NCBI GenBank assembly: GCA_965197645.1
Contig: OZ240219.1
Span: forward strand, 224,001-288,000
Reading direction: 5' to 3'
From: Dehalococcoidia bacterium
GTDB lineage: Bacteria; Chloroflexota; Dehalococcoidia; Plut-88900
Length of the DNA stretch: 64,000 nucleotides
This document shows positions 37,222 through 47,626 of the stretch, piece by piece. A program made the position numbers and the translations under genes. Within the stretch, counting starts at the first letter, position 1. Each line of letters opens with the position of its first letter. The notes beneath the pieces are model-generated. The model searched no databases and had not been told where the DNA came from. It saw nothing but the letters and a program-made list of their open reading frames with translations.

Positions 37222-38784
37222 ATGTACGCCGAAGATCTCGCCGTCGTGAACGGCAACGTCATCACCATGGAACCGGACCAACCGTCCGCCGAAGCCGTGC
37301 TCATACACGACGGGCGCGTTGTCCACGTCGGCACCACGGAGGAGGTTCGAAGGGTGGCGCCTGCCGTACAGATCTTCGATTGCGAAGGGAGGACGGTAGT
37401 ACCGGGCTTCATCGACGCCCACTGTCACCTGGAGATGACCTGCCTGGCCGCCGACTACACCGTGGCGTGCCACGCTCCCCCGATGAAAAGCCTGTCCGAG
37501 ATTGCGGCGGCAATGCGCCGGAAAGCTGAACTGACAACGCCCGGCCAATGGATAATCGGTCGAAGCTCCTTCACCCTCTACTCGAAGGTGGAGGAGGGCC
37601 GGCTGTTCACCCGGCAGGAGCTGGACTCGATTTCGGAGCAACACCCTATCATTGTGTTCGCCGGGTTCCACGTCGGGATGCTCAACACCCTGGGCATGAA
37701 GAAGCTGGGCCTGTGGAACAAGGTCGATAGTCCGCCCAGGGGAGTGGTCATCAACCAGGACGAAGCTGGAGAGGCCACCGGCGTCGTTACCGAGATATGG
37801 GACCTGATGCCCTCGTTTTCGGCGGCCGAGACCAGGGACGCGCTCAGGTCGAAGGTGGTGGAGCTCTTCGTCTCCAAGGGGATCACCTCGGCCTACACGA
37901 TACCCTTCTCCTCCGACGATATACGATCGATCCAGGAGCTGCAGCCGGCGGGCGAGTTTCCGTTGCGCATTAGGCTCTACTACCACGTCCCCAAGCTGGT
38001 CTCGCTGGACTCGTTGCTGGCGATGGGAATGAGACCGGGATTCGGCAGCGACATGCTGAAATACGGCGGGGTCAAGATATTCGTCGATGGGACAGCCAAC
38101 GACGGCTACGGCAACCCGGTCGAAGACTTCAAATGGACCGCGCGGGAACTCAATCGGTTCGTTTCCCGGGCCCACGATGGCGGCCAGCAGCTGTTCATGC
38201 ACATCGCCAGCATACCCGCGATAACGATGGCGGCGGACGCTGTCGAAGCCGCTCTACGCAAAACGACGATGCCTCACCGGCACCGGATAGAGCACGGCGC
38301 AGATAACATCCAGGACCCGGAGGACATGAAGCGAATACAGAGCCTGGGCATCGGAATGGTGGCTACACCCCAGTTCATCTATAGCGGGGGGAGCAAGCGG
38401 AGACGGAGCGGCCCAAAGCGCGCCCGGTTCCGCACTCTGATAGACCACGGCATCGAAATCATAGGCGCCAGCGACGCCACCGGCACCGTGCCCGATGGGG
38501 TGGCGCCCCTGTTCAACATCGCCTGCGCTGCGGTGCGTCGAAACGTATCCGGCGAAATCCACGACGTCGAGGAGCGGATAACCGCCGAGGAGGGGCTGAA
38601 AATGTTCACCACGTGGGCTGCCAAGGGCGGCTACGAGGAGCATGAAAAGGGTTCCGTCGCCGTGGGCAAGCTGGGAGACCTGGCCGTCCTGTCGAACGAC
38701 CCGCTGGAAGCAAAGGACGACGAGCTGTACAACATCGACGTGGAGGCTACTATCCTGGGCGGCCAGGTGGTGTACGAAAAGTAG
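37222..38784 (+). CDS. YtcJ-like metal-dependent amidohydrolase (Amidohydro_3)
   Basis: 'PGFIDAHCH', 'KIFVDG', 'HRIEH', 'SD', 'KGS..VGKLGDLAVL', 'T..GGQVVYE'. Confidence 0.9.
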   Translation: MYAEDLAVVNGNVITMEPDQPSAEAVLIHDGRVVHVGTTEEVRRVAPAVQIFDCEGRTVVPGFIDAHCHLEMTCLAADYTVACHAPPMKSLSEIAAAMRRKAELTTPGQWIIGRSSFTLYSKVEEGRLFTRQELDSISEQHPIIVFAGFHVGMLNTLGMKKLGLWNKVDSPPRGVVINQDEAGEATGVVTEIWDLMPSFSAAETRDALRSKVVELFVSKGITSAYTIPFSSDDIRSIQELQPAGEFPLRIRLYYHVPKLVSLDSLLAMGMRPGFGSDMLKYGGVKIFVDGTANDGYGNPVEDFKWTARELNRFVSRAHDGGQQLFMHIASIPAITMAADAVEAALRKTTMPHRHRIEHGADNIQDPEDMKRIQSLGIGMVATPQFIYSGGSKRRRSGPKRARFRTLIDHGIEIIGASDATGTVPDGVAPLFNIACAAVRRNVSGEIHDVEERITAEEGLKMFTTWAAKGGYEEHEKGSVAVGKLGDLAVLSNDPLEAKDDELYNIDVEATILGGQVVYEK

Positions 38785-38799
38785 GAGGGATCGTCCGGA

Positions 38800-38895
38800 G
38801 TGTATGAACGAGAGTGGTCAGCAGAGCTGTATGACCACGTAGTCCCCTATCGGGGTCGTGGCGACCTGGACTTCTACGTAGGACTGGCCGGTCAA
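38800..38895 (+). pseudogene. probable N-terminal remnant of a class I SAM methyltransferase
   Basis: AGGAGG upstream; 'AELYDHVVPYRGRGDLDFYVGLA' resembles such N-termini but runs into antisense btpA before the GxGxG motif. Confidence 0.5.
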
Positions 38896-39698
38896 AGCTC
38901 TTGCCTGACCTCGTTGGCCAGCTTCATCAGCTTCGCAACCCGGGCAGGATCGACCGGGTTGGTGGTCAGCCCGTCCTTCTTGAAGGCCGTGCCCACTATC
39001 ACTCCATCGGAATGCTCCAGCATCTCTCTAAGGTTCTCCGGGCCAACACCGCTGCCTACCATGACCGGGGTATCGCCAGCCGCGTCCTTGACCTGGACCA
39101 GATGCTGAACGGAGGTCTCTCGGCCGGTGGCCTCCCCCGAAACGATCAGAGCATCGGCCCTGCCTCTGTGGATGGTGTCCTCTACCTCGACAGCCAAGGG
39201 GCGGTCGCCCAGTGGCGCCGAGTGCTTGGTGGCCACATCTGCCAAAATCAGTGCGTTCCCGCCGAGCAGTTCTCGGTATCTGAGCACCCGGTGCGCCTCA
39301 CCCTCGATAACGCCCTGATCGGTCACGCGAGCTCCGGTCAGAATGTTGACCCGGATGAACTGAGCGTCGACGGCGCGGGCTACGGCCAAGGAAGCCATGG
39401 CATCATTTCGCAGGACGTTTATGCCCAGGGGCTGCGTATACCTGTTGCGCACCTCCAGGGCGAGGGCAGTCATCAAAGCGACGGTGTGAGGCGGCACCCG
39501 GTTAGGGAAGAAGGGCGCATCCCCAAAGTTCTCCACGATGAACCCGTCCACTCCGTTGGCCGCCAGCGCTTCTGTATCGGCGTGCATCCGGCTACGCGCA
39601 GATTCCAGATCGACCGCTCCGGGGGTTCCTGGCAAGGGGAGCAGGTGAAGCATCCCTATGACCGGCTTCGGTCGACCGAAGAGGCTGCTCAAGTCCAT
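38892..39698 (-). CDS. btpA: BtpA/SgcQ family protein
   Basis: 'KPVIGMLHLLPLPG', 'ENFGDAPF', 'GINVLRND', 'FIRVN', 'DV..KH', 'VGSGV', 'IVGT..K.DG'. Confidence 0.92.
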   Translation of the reverse strand: MDLSSLFGRPKPVIGMLHLLPLPGTPGAVDLESARSRMHADTEALAANGVDGFIVENFGDAPFFPNRVPPHTVALMTALALEVRNRYTQPLGINVLRNDAMASLAVARAVDAQFIRVNILTGARVTDQGVIEGEAHRVLRYRELLGGNALILADVATKHSAPLGDRPLAVEVEDTIHRGRADALIVSGEATGRETSVQHLVQVKDAAGDTPVMVGSGVGPENLREMLEHSDGVIVGTAFKKDGLTTNPVDPARVAKLMKLANEVRQEL

Positions 39699-39743
39699 GG
39701 GACGAATCTTATCACCCTGGACGAAGGCCAACCCGGCCTGGCT

Positions 39744-39799
39744 GGATTGCCACGCCCCGACTTTGTCGGGTCTCGCAATGACGAGGCCGTCGTTGCGAG
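39744..39799. repeat. REP-like palindromic element
   Basis: GGATTGCCACG-CCCGAC/GTCGGG-TCTCGCAATGAC followed by inverted GTCGTTGCGAG. Confidence 0.6.
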
Positions 39800-39841
39800 C
39801 GACGGGGGAGAGGGACGGATTGAATCCCTGGTTAAGATCCC

Positions 39842-40765
39842 TTAATCTTCTGTCCTTCTGACGGAGTGGCCTCCAAACTGGTTACGCATCGCAGCCAGAA
39901 TCTTGGCGCTCAAAGGCTGGTCCTGCCGGGAACGGAACCGGGTCTGTAGTGCCGCCGTGATGACCGGCACCGGCACACCCAGGTCCACCGATTCCTGGAT
40001 CGTCCACCTGCCTTCGCCGGAGTCTTCGACGTAGGCCCTGATCCCCTCCAGCTGGGGGTCTTCATAGAGGGCGGCGGCCGTGAGATCCAGCAGCCAGGAG
40101 CGGACCACGCTGCCGTAGCGCCAGATATCGGCGATGGCGGCCAGGTCCAGGTCGAACTCCTGCTTCGCCTCCATCAGCTCGAAGCCCTCGGCGTAGGCCT
40201 GCATCAGCCCGTACTCGATGCCGTTGTGCACCATCTTCACGAAGTGGCCAGCCCCGGCGGGGCCCACGAAGCCATATCCAGTTTCGGGTGAAGGGGCCAG
40301 CGCCTGGAAGATTGGCTCTAATCTACGGTAGGTCTCGGCATCGCCGCCGATCATCAGGCTATATCCCTCCGTGCGTCCCCAAACTCCACCGCTGGTACCG
40401 ACGTCCAGGAACTTTACTCCTTTGTCAGACAACTCCTTCGAGCGTCTCATGCTGTCCTTGTAGTTGGAGTTCCCCCCATCGATAACCACGTCTCCCTCGG
40501 AGAGAAGGGTGGAGACCGCTTTGATGACGCTTTCGGTGACATCCCCCGCCGGCACCATGACCCAGACTACCCTGGGAGGAGTCAACTGGGACACAAGATG
40601 CTCGAGGTGCATAGAGCGTCCCGCCCCCGCTCTTACCAGAACGCTGATGGCTTCCGTCGCCTGTGGGTCATAGACCACGACTCGGTGGTCTCCGGCCAAC
40701 AGCCGTTGGGCCATGTTCCCGCCCATTCTTCCCAGACCGATAATCCCTAGCTCCATGTCGCTCAT
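39842..40765 (-). CDS. gnd: 6-phosphogluconate dehydrogenase, decarboxylating (short type)
   Basis: GLGRMG, 'WVMVPAG', 'IDGGNS', 'GTSGG', 'GHFVKMVHNGIEYG', 'MRNQFGGH'. Confidence 0.95.
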   Translation of the reverse strand: MSDMELGIIGLGRMGGNMAQRLLAGDHRVVVYDPQATEAISVLVRAGAGRSMHLEHLVSQLTPPRVVWVMVPAGDVTESVIKAVSTLLSEGDVVIDGGNSNYKDSMRRSKELSDKGVKFLDVGTSGGVWGRTEGYSLMIGGDAETYRRLEPIFQALAPSPETGYGFVGPAGAGHFVKMVHNGIEYGLMQAYAEGFELMEAKQEFDLDLAAIADIWRYGSVVRSWLLDLTAAALYEDPQLEGIRAYVEDSGEGRWTIQESVDLGVPVPVITAALQTRFRSRQDQPLSAKILAAMRNQFGGHSVRRTED

Positions 40766-40774
40766 CTCCTGTTG

Positions 40775-42394
40775 CTATCCGATCTCATCGGCGAGTTGGT
40801 CAATTGCTGCCGGCGTATCCCCGTCAAGGTGGACCCAGGCCACCCGGCGCCCGGCGTTCTGTAGAGCCTTGAGGTCACCCAAGGCCTGGGCATCGGAGAG
40901 AGTACCGAAACTGAAGCCCCTGCCGGGAACGGGGACCTCGTCTTCGTGGCTGGACGTCAGCAAGAGAAACAGCCCGGAGTCCGGGCCGCCTTTGTGAAGC
41001 TGTCCCGTCGAGTGGAGGTATCGGGGCCCGTAGCCCACGGTGGTGGCCACCCCGGACCCTTCGGTAACCACGCGTCGCAGATGGGATAGTGCTTGGTCCA
41101 CGTGGGGCTCCGGACTTACATACGCCAGAATCGCCAGGTAGTCTCCGCACTCCGCAGACGTCACTAGCTCTCTCAGTGATGACGAAGTTGCCGGTACGGG
41201 CAGCTTCCCGGTATCTCGATGCGCCTGAAGCAGCGCATTGGTCATGTCCTTGCTAGCCTGAACGGCGGGTTGGTCGAAGGGGTTGATCCCCAGAATCGAG
41301 CCGGCAACGGCGGTGGAGAACTCCCACCGAAAGAACTCGGCGCCAAGGTCGTAATTGTCCCCCAACTTCAAGCCGTAGTAAGGGGCCTCTGCGACGATCT
41401 CACCGTTGCTACCGGTATGCAAATCGACGAACAACCGGTCGTCCCCATAGCTTTCCGGCGAAAGCTGAGTTTCGCCAACAATGGGAACGATGCCCTTGCC
41501 CTCTTTACCGGTGCTCTCTGCAACGAGCTGCTCGATCCAAAGCCCGATGCCATCTATGGACTGCGATGTGGTGAGGGTGAGCTTGTCCCGTCCCTCCAAC
41601 GCCAGGGCAGCCATGATTGCTCCAAGGGCAGCACCCGGGTTCTCTCGGACGGGGACACAGGGGCCGCAACTTGCCCGCATATCATCAGCCCGGTCCAGCA
41701 GCAATCTCAGATCGATTCCCAAGAGGGCAGCGGGCACCAGGCCGAAGTGAGACAGCACCGAGTACCTGCCGCCCACATCAGGCGGGTTGAGGAAGATGCG
41801 CCGGAACCCCTCCTCTACGGCCAGCTTTTCCAATGGGGTTGCCGGATCGGTGATTGCAGCGAAGCTCTGACCTGCTCGTTCCCTCCCGATCGACTGTTCA
41901 ACGATGCTTCGGAAGTAAGCGTACAGAGCGTTGGGCTCCGCGGTAGAGCCGGACTTGGAAGAGACCAGGAACAGGGTAGCCGATGGGTCGATGGAGTCAG
42001 CGGTAGCCTTAACCGAAGCCGGTATCGTGGAGTCCAGAACGATCATCTCAGGGTAACCGGGAGCACTGCCGAAAGCTTGCCGAAGCACCTCGGGCCCCAG
42101 GCTGCTGCCGCCCATCCCCAGCAATACAACGTGGCGAAATCCGGCCTCGATTATCTCAGCAGCAAAGGCCTCAAGGAACGGAACCCGTTCTCTCATCAGG
42201 TCGGAGACGGTGAGCCACCCCAGCCGGTAGGCGATCTCTCCTGGGTCCGGCTTCCATACGGTGTGGTCGCGGGCCCAGATCCTGCCGACCACGTCGGCTT
42301 TCTCCAAGCCATAGATGGTCTCCTCGACCTTGGACATATAGGCGCCAAGGCCCGCGCCCCATTCAATTTCCTGTAACGTCCTGTTCCTTTGCAT
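40775..42394 (-). CDS. pgi: glucose-6-phosphate isomerase (type seen in Tal-Pgi fusions, here stand-alone)
   Basis: 'LGWL', 'GMGGSSLGPE', 'SSKSGST.E', 'ITDP', 'VGGRYSVLS', 'EQLVAESTGK', 'NPFDQP', 'HSTGQLHKGG'; start uncertain. Confidence 0.9.
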   Translation of the reverse strand: MQRNRTLQEIEWGAGLGAYMSKVEETIYGLEKADVVGRIWARDHTVWKPDPGEIAYRLGWLTVSDLMRERVPFLEAFAAEIIEAGFRHVVLLGMGGSSLGPEVLRQAFGSAPGYPEMIVLDSTIPASVKATADSIDPSATLFLVSSKSGSTAEPNALYAYFRSIVEQSIGRERAGQSFAAITDPATPLEKLAVEEGFRRIFLNPPDVGGRYSVLSHFGLVPAALLGIDLRLLLDRADDMRASCGPCVPVRENPGAALGAIMAALALEGRDKLTLTTSQSIDGIGLWIEQLVAESTGKEGKGIVPIVGETQLSPESYGDDRLFVDLHTGSNGEIVAEAPYYGLKLGDNYDLGAEFFRWEFSTAVAGSILGINPFDQPAVQASKDMTNALLQAHRDTGKLPVPATSSSLRELVTSAECGDYLAILAYVSPEPHVDQALSHLRRVVTEGSGVATTVGYGPRYLHSTGQLHKGGPDSGLFLLLTSSHEDEVPVPGRGFSFGTLSDAQALGDLKALQNAGRRVAWVHLDGDTPAAIDQLADEIG

Positions 42395-42621
42395 ATGCTG
42401 AATCGTGAGCCGGTCCCGCGGGAAGATGAACGAGTCCCAGCAGCGAATATACCATGCGGACGGGGCAAGACCAAAACGGCGCCGACGGCCTGCTGCCCCA
42501 GGGACTATGGTCGTAGACATGAGAATAATCGACCCCGAGACCGGTAGCCGGATGTACAACGAAGGGAAGGCGGGTAGACCGAGCTTCTTGGTGGTCCTAG
42601 AGGCGCCGGGGTTAGAGGTTC

Positions 42622-43323
42622 CTACTCTTTCAGGTGCTCGATCAGCCAGTCCTTCAGCAGGGCGTCCAGCTCTTCTTTACACTGGTCGAGACTGTGGTCA
42701 GCGCCCTCGTAGATCTTCAGCTCTTTGGGCTGACTGGCCCACTGGTATATGAGTCGAGCGGCGCGGAGGGGAATAATCTCATCGTCGGCCCCGTGGACCA
42801 GCAGCAGAGGTCTAGGGGCGACAGCGCCGACGTTCTGGGCGCCGGCGCTCTGGCTTGACAGGCCCACTACGGCCTTGACCTTGTCGCTATAGGGAGCGGC
42901 GGAGATCGCTACCGCACCGCCGAAGGAGTGGCCTATCAGCGCCAGCCTCTTGTACCCGACCCCCGATAGCAGGGAGACTCCGGCCAGAGTGTCCATAACG
43001 CATTCGTACAGGTTGTTCGGCTGCCGGTAGTCCAGCCGCAACGAGGCTATCCCCTGTCGGGACAGATCATCGGCCAGCCGGGCGAACATCCCGTCCGCCG
43101 GCCCGCTGGTCCCTCCCCCGGCGCCCCATACCCAGACGATGGCTGCTTCCAGCTTCTCGGCTGGGTGAAGAAGCCCGTAGATGTTTCCCCGCGTGGTCAT
43201 CACAAGCATCGCCTGGCCTGTGTGGCCTTCGGGCGGTCTGAACGGATGGTAGTCCAACACCCGGATAGTTTCGCCGCTTTCCGTCTCTTTCGGGGTCTTA
43301 TCCGGGATGTTTGGACGGGTCAT
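42622..43323 (-). CDS. alpha/beta hydrolase
   Basis: GHSFGG, 'LLVHGADD', C-terminal 'GADH'. Confidence 0.85.
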   Translation of the reverse strand: MTRPNIPDKTPKETESGETIRVLDYHPFRPPEGHTGQAMLVMTTRGNIYGLLHPAEKLEAAIVWVWGAGGGTSGPADGMFARLADDLSRQGIASLRLDYRQPNNLYECVMDTLAGVSLLSGVGYKRLALIGHSFGGAVAISAAPYSDKVKAVVGLSSQSAGAQNVGAVAPRPLLLVHGADDEIIPLRAARLIYQWASQPKELKIYEGADHSLDQCKEELDALLKDWLIEHLKE

Positions 43324-43461
43324 ACGGCTCTGTACCGATTCATGATTGACTGATTCTAACAGACATTGGATTGCCTGGTAATCAAGTAAAAGTATCGCCG
43401 AGGATGTATAATCCCTAGGTTTCGTGTGGCTAGGCTCTTTGACCAGCGCAGCTGAGGGAAA

Positions 43462-44712
43462 TTGGAAGCCCAGACTGAAAACGCTCCTCCTTACCGATGG
43501 GTCATCATCACGTCGCTTACCGCGCTGACGGCGACGCACCTGACCATCATCTACACCATCGGCATCCTGCTGCCGGACATCGCCGAGGATCTGGACCTGT
43601 CCCCTTCCGAGCAGGGCTGGCTCGGCTCGTCGGTGCTCCTGGCCAATCTCTTCTTCGCCATCCCCCTGAGCACTTTGCTCACCCGGTTCCGCCCATGGAG
43701 GGTCGTTGCGCTCCTGTCTCTGGCCGTAGGGCTGTTCGGTCTGCTACAGGGCTGGTCTCCCATCCTGGCGATCTTGCTGATAGGGCGTGTGGGGTCTGGG
43801 TTGGGCTTTACGGCCGCCATGGCGCCCCGGGCCTTGCTGATCCAGCAGTGGTCCAGCCCCAGACAGCTTCCCGTTACCAACGGCATATGGATAGGCGGCG
43901 TAGACCTGGTAATGGGTATAGGTTTCTTCCTCATCCCCCTGGTCATCAAGTTGTGGGGATGGCAGAGCACCTACTACTTTCTGGGCGGCATCGGGTTGGT
44001 TCTCGCCGCCGTATGGATCATCGTTGGCCGTGAGCGGGAGACAGTAGAATACAAGAAGCGCGCCGATTCCCAGGACACCACTCCCCTTTCAGCGATTTTC
44101 AGGCATCCTGAGCTATGGATGTTGGCCCTGGGAATGACGGGTTCCATGATGGGGAATACCGGCTTTCAAGTGTTCTGGCCAAGGTTCGCGGAGGAACAGC
44201 TCGGTATCTCTCTCCAGATCATCGGAATAGCCCTGGGGCTGAGCTCATTTGCCGCCGCTCCCATCGCTTTCGTAGTGAACGCCGTGCCGACCCTACTCCG
44301 GAAACAACCCGCAGTCTTGGCCGTAAGCGGGATAGCCGTCACCGGCGTCTACATGGGCCTCCTCTTCGCCACCTCCACCCCGACAGTACTGGCGCTGGGC
44401 TTCGCCGAGGGGCTATCGAGGGCCTACTTCCCTGTGCTGATGACCATGGTGTACCAGATGCCGGGTATCAAGCCGCGGGAGGTGGGAGTCGGTCTGGCTT
44501 TCATGGAGACCTGCATATGGGGGGGCGGCGCCATCGGCCCGTTGGTGGTCGGATTCGTGGAGGAATCGACTGGCGACCTACGGCTAGCCATCATGATCAT
44601 CTCATTCGCGCCGCTGGTGCTTCTGATAACGTCGGGAATGCTAATGGCCAGACGCTGGTCCCCGATGCCCCAAGCGCCTCCCGAAAGCTCGGCGCTACCC
44701 CAGGAGCTTTGA
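43462..44712 (+). CDS. MFS transporter
   Basis: About 12 hydrophobic segments in two halves. Confidence 0.85.
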   Translation: MEAQTENAPPYRWVIITSLTALTATHLTIIYTIGILLPDIAEDLDLSPSEQGWLGSSVLLANLFFAIPLSTLLTRFRPWRVVALLSLAVGLFGLLQGWSPILAILLIGRVGSGLGFTAAMAPRALLIQQWSSPRQLPVTNGIWIGGVDLVMGIGFFLIPLVIKLWGWQSTYYFLGGIGLVLAAVWIIVGRERETVEYKKRADSQDTTPLSAIFRHPELWMLALGMTGSMMGNTGFQVFWPRFAEEQLGISLQIIGIALGLSSFAAAPIAFVVNAVPTLLRKQPAVLAVSGIAVTGVYMGLLFATSTPTVLALGFAEGLSRAYFPVLMTMVYQMPGIKPREVGVGLAFMETCIWGGGAIGPLVVGFVEESTGDLRLAIMIISFAPLVLLITSGMLMARRWSPMPQAPPESSALPQEL

Positions 44713-44721
44713 TGCGTAGCC

Positions 44722-45792
44722 CTATCGGGCTGCCAGCTCCGGCATCACCTTCTCAGCGAAGAGCTTCATCGATTCCTTCACCAACTCGCTGGGTATCCTG
44801 CTCCGGCGGTTGAATTCCAGGATGAAGGTATCGATGGTGGGCAGCTGTTCCCGAAGGGCCAGCAGCTGCTCGATGCAACCCTCGGGACTGTCGTAGATGC
44901 ACTTCTGTACGGTCGTTTCGAAGGGCCAGATCATCCACCTGATGGCTCCGGGGAGCCCTTCCGGCTGCGTGTGGTCTACACCGATCGACTCCATGTACTC
45001 GATCCCGTCGGCGACATCGCTGTCCCGCCAGTTCTCCGCCATTATCCGATGCGCCTTCTCGCGGGTTTCAGCAACGAAAAACGACACGGCGACGTTAGCG
45101 GGTTGAGGACCGACTTGCCTTCTCGCCGGCTTCGCAGCCTCGAACTCAGCGAGCCTTAACGCCAGGTTAGATGCGTCCTGGGTTAGCGTGGAGCAGATAG
45201 ATCCCAGACCCAACCCGGCGGCATATTTGAAAGTGCTGCTGCTGTTAGACGCAAGGAGCAGTGGGGGGTGGGGGTCTTGGACCGGTTTCGGGAGCACGGT
45301 GATCTCTTCGGTACGCCAGTACTTGCCGCAGAAGGTGATGGTTTCTTCGGTCCAGGCCCGTTTCATCAGCTCTATGCACTCGGCTATCCGTTCACGGCTC
45401 TCCGGCAGGGGAGTGTCCGGCTTTATGCCAAAGGGTCTGCCGATGCTCCGGGCGATGGGCCCGCCGTAGGTGCCTCCCAGGCACAGGTCCAACCGGCCCT
45501 CGGTCAGGATGTCGCAGGTGGCGGCATCCATCGCCAGGTGCAGGGGATGGTGAAGAGGCGTCTGGGTCGCCAGCGGGCCGAACCGGATGTTGCTGGTCCG
45601 TTGGGCGGCGGCCGCGGCCATCATTAGAGGGACCGACATGGGGCGGGTGGGATCGAATACCGACTCGGCCAGCCAGGCGCTGTCGAAACCCAGCTTGTCG
45701 GCCAGCACGATCTCCTCGATCGTTTCCCAGTGCCGGCGGGGTACGTCCGAGCCCTCGTAACCGGGCGTCTGCCAGAACACTCCGAAGCGCAT
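44722..45792 (-). CDS. LLM-class flavin-dependent oxidoreductase
   Basis: 'MRFGVF', 'ADKLGFDSAWLAE', 'D.LT.GRL.L', 'PKPVQ.PHPP', 'LFAEKVMP'. Confidence 0.9.
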   Translation of the reverse strand: MRFGVFWQTPGYEGSDVPRRHWETIEEIVLADKLGFDSAWLAESVFDPTRPMSVPLMMAAAAAQRTSNIRFGPLATQTPLHHPLHLAMDAATCDILTEGRLDLCLGGTYGGPIARSIGRPFGIKPDTPLPESRERIAECIELMKRAWTEETITFCGKYWRTEEITVLPKPVQDPHPPLLLASNSSSTFKYAAGLGLGSICSTLTQDASNLALRLAEFEAAKPARRQVGPQPANVAVSFFVAETREKAHRIMAENWRDSDVADGIEYMESIGVDHTQPEGLPGAIRWMIWPFETTVQKCIYDSPEGCIEQLLALREQLPTIDTFILEFNRRSRIPSELVKESMKLFAEKVMPELAAR

Positions 45793-45794
45793 GA

Positions 45795-47441
45795 CTAGGA
45801 GCTCTTCTCCACTTCCCTCTGTCTCAGCTCCACCCTTCGAATCTTGCCGCTGATCGTCTTGGGCAGCTCCGTCACGAACTCGATTTTCCGGGGGTACTTG
45901 TACGGTGCGGTGGTCCTCTTCACGTGGTCTTGGAGACTCTGTACCAGCTCGTCTGAGGATGTGTGCTCGGGAGTGAGGACCACGAAGGCCTTCACCACGT
46001 CGCCTCGTACGGGGTCCGGACTGGCGACCACGGCCGACTCGGCCACCGCCGGATGCTCTATCAGGGCGCTTTCAACTTCGAAGGGTCCAATTCGATACCC
46101 GGCCGAGATGATCACGTCGTCTGCTCGGCCCACGAACCAGAAGTAGCCGTCCGAGTCCTCATACGCCTTGTCTCCAGTGAGATACCAATCGCCCTGGAAC
46201 ACCTGGCTGGTGGTCTCCGGGTCCCGCCAGTATCCGGTGAACATACCCGCCGGCCTCTCCGGGACTACCTTGACCGCTATCTGCCCCTCCTCTCCGGCCG
46301 GCAGCTCCACGCCCTCGTCGTCCAGGATGCTGATCTGGAAGCCCGGCACCGGTTTGCCCATGGAGCCGGCCTTTACCGGAAGGCACCGGTAGTTGCCCAC
46401 CAACAGCACCGTCTCCGTTTGACCGTAGCCGTCATAGATGGTAAGGCCTGTGCCGTCCTCCCACTGCTTGATCACCTCCGGGTTCAAGGGCTCTCCGGCG
46501 CTGGTGCAGTGGCGCAAGTTCCCCAGATCGTGCTTAGACAGGTCTTCCAGGACCAGGAGCCGGTAGACGGTCGGGGGTGCGCAGAATGAGGTGACGCCGT
46601 ACCGTTGGAGCACGTCCAGCGTCAAGGATGGATCGAACCGGCCCCGGCCATCGTGCTGGAGTACGGCGGCGCCCTGCATCCACTGGCCGAACAGCTTTCC
46701 GTAGGCGGCCTTGGCCCACCCCGTATCCGATATGGTCCACTGAAGGTCCGTATGCCGGAGGTCGTGCCAGTACTTGGCGGTCACCAGGTGGGCCAGCCCG
46801 TAGGATGCCTGGGTATGAAGCACCATCTTCGGGTTGCCCACCGTGCCGGAGGTGAAGTATATGAGCATCGGGTCGTCGCTTCGGGTCGGCTGCGTCTCAT
46901 CCAGGTATGGCGAAGCGTCCGCCATCGCCTGGTCATAGGAGGTCCAGCCCCTCTTTTCATCGCCCACCAGCATGAGGGTCTTTAGCGAAGGACAGCTCCC
47001 GGCGGCCTCCTCCACTCTCCCTGTGCCGTCCGCATCTGCGATGACGAGGTTGGCCTCCGCGGTGTTGATCCGGTACTCGATGTCCTTCGGCGTGCACATG
47101 GTGGTGGCCGGCATGGGCAGGACGCCCAGCTTGATCATCCCCAGCATGGCTACGTACCACTGGGGTATCCTGGGCAGCATCAGAAAGACCCGGTCGCCTC
47201 GTTTTATGCCCAGGTCGCGGAGAACGTTGGCGAATCTGTTGGACTCGGTCTTCAGGTCCCAGAACGAGTGCTGCGCCCTCAGGTCCCCCTCAGATGTCAG
47301 CGAGATTAGGGCCAGCTTGGTGCGGTCTTCCGCCCACTTGTCCACAACGTCAAACCCGAAGTTGAAGTACTCCGGCACCTCCAGCCGGAAATCGCGGTAC
47401 TCCTGCTCGTAGTTGAGCATGTTCGGGGGTTGGTCTCTCAT
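45795..47441 (-). CDS. medium-chain acyl-CoA synthetase
   Basis: 'YFTSGTVG.PK', 'SAGEPLN', 'YGQTET', 'TGD', 'GRADDVI..AGYRIGPFEVE', 'PKTISGKI'. Confidence 0.93.
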   Translation of the reverse strand: MRDQPPNMLNYEQEYRDFRLEVPEYFNFGFDVVDKWAEDRTKLALISLTSEGDLRAQHSFWDLKTESNRFANVLRDLGIKRGDRVFLMLPRIPQWYVAMLGMIKLGVLPMPATTMCTPKDIEYRINTAEANLVIADADGTGRVEEAAGSCPSLKTLMLVGDEKRGWTSYDQAMADASPYLDETQPTRSDDPMLIYFTSGTVGNPKMVLHTQASYGLAHLVTAKYWHDLRHTDLQWTISDTGWAKAAYGKLFGQWMQGAAVLQHDGRGRFDPSLTLDVLQRYGVTSFCAPPTVYRLLVLEDLSKHDLGNLRHCTSAGEPLNPEVIKQWEDGTGLTIYDGYGQTETVLLVGNYRCLPVKAGSMGKPVPGFQISILDDEGVELPAGEEGQIAVKVVPERPAGMFTGYWRDPETTSQVFQGDWYLTGDKAYEDSDGYFWFVGRADDVIISAGYRIGPFEVESALIEHPAVAESAVVASPDPVRGDVVKAFVVLTPEHTSSDELVQSLQDHVKRTTAPYKYPRKIEFVTELPKTISGKIRRVELRQREVEKSS

Positions 47442-47626
47442 GGCTGTCTCCGGTCCGGGAGTTCCTGTCGAATGGAACAGGATCGCCTGTCACCTAGAAT
47501 AGGATCGAATTTAAACAACGCCTCTCCCGTTGTCAAATGGGCATCCTTCTCCAACACAGGGCTATGCCCGTATAATATGGGGCCTAGACCAGAACGCCCA
47601 CCTGTAGCGACGGGAAAGGAACGGAG

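Noticed and set aside
42395-42621. Long N-terminal extension of pgi and overlapping small ORF
   Set aside because: No similarity to transaldolase or other motifs; probably non-coding.
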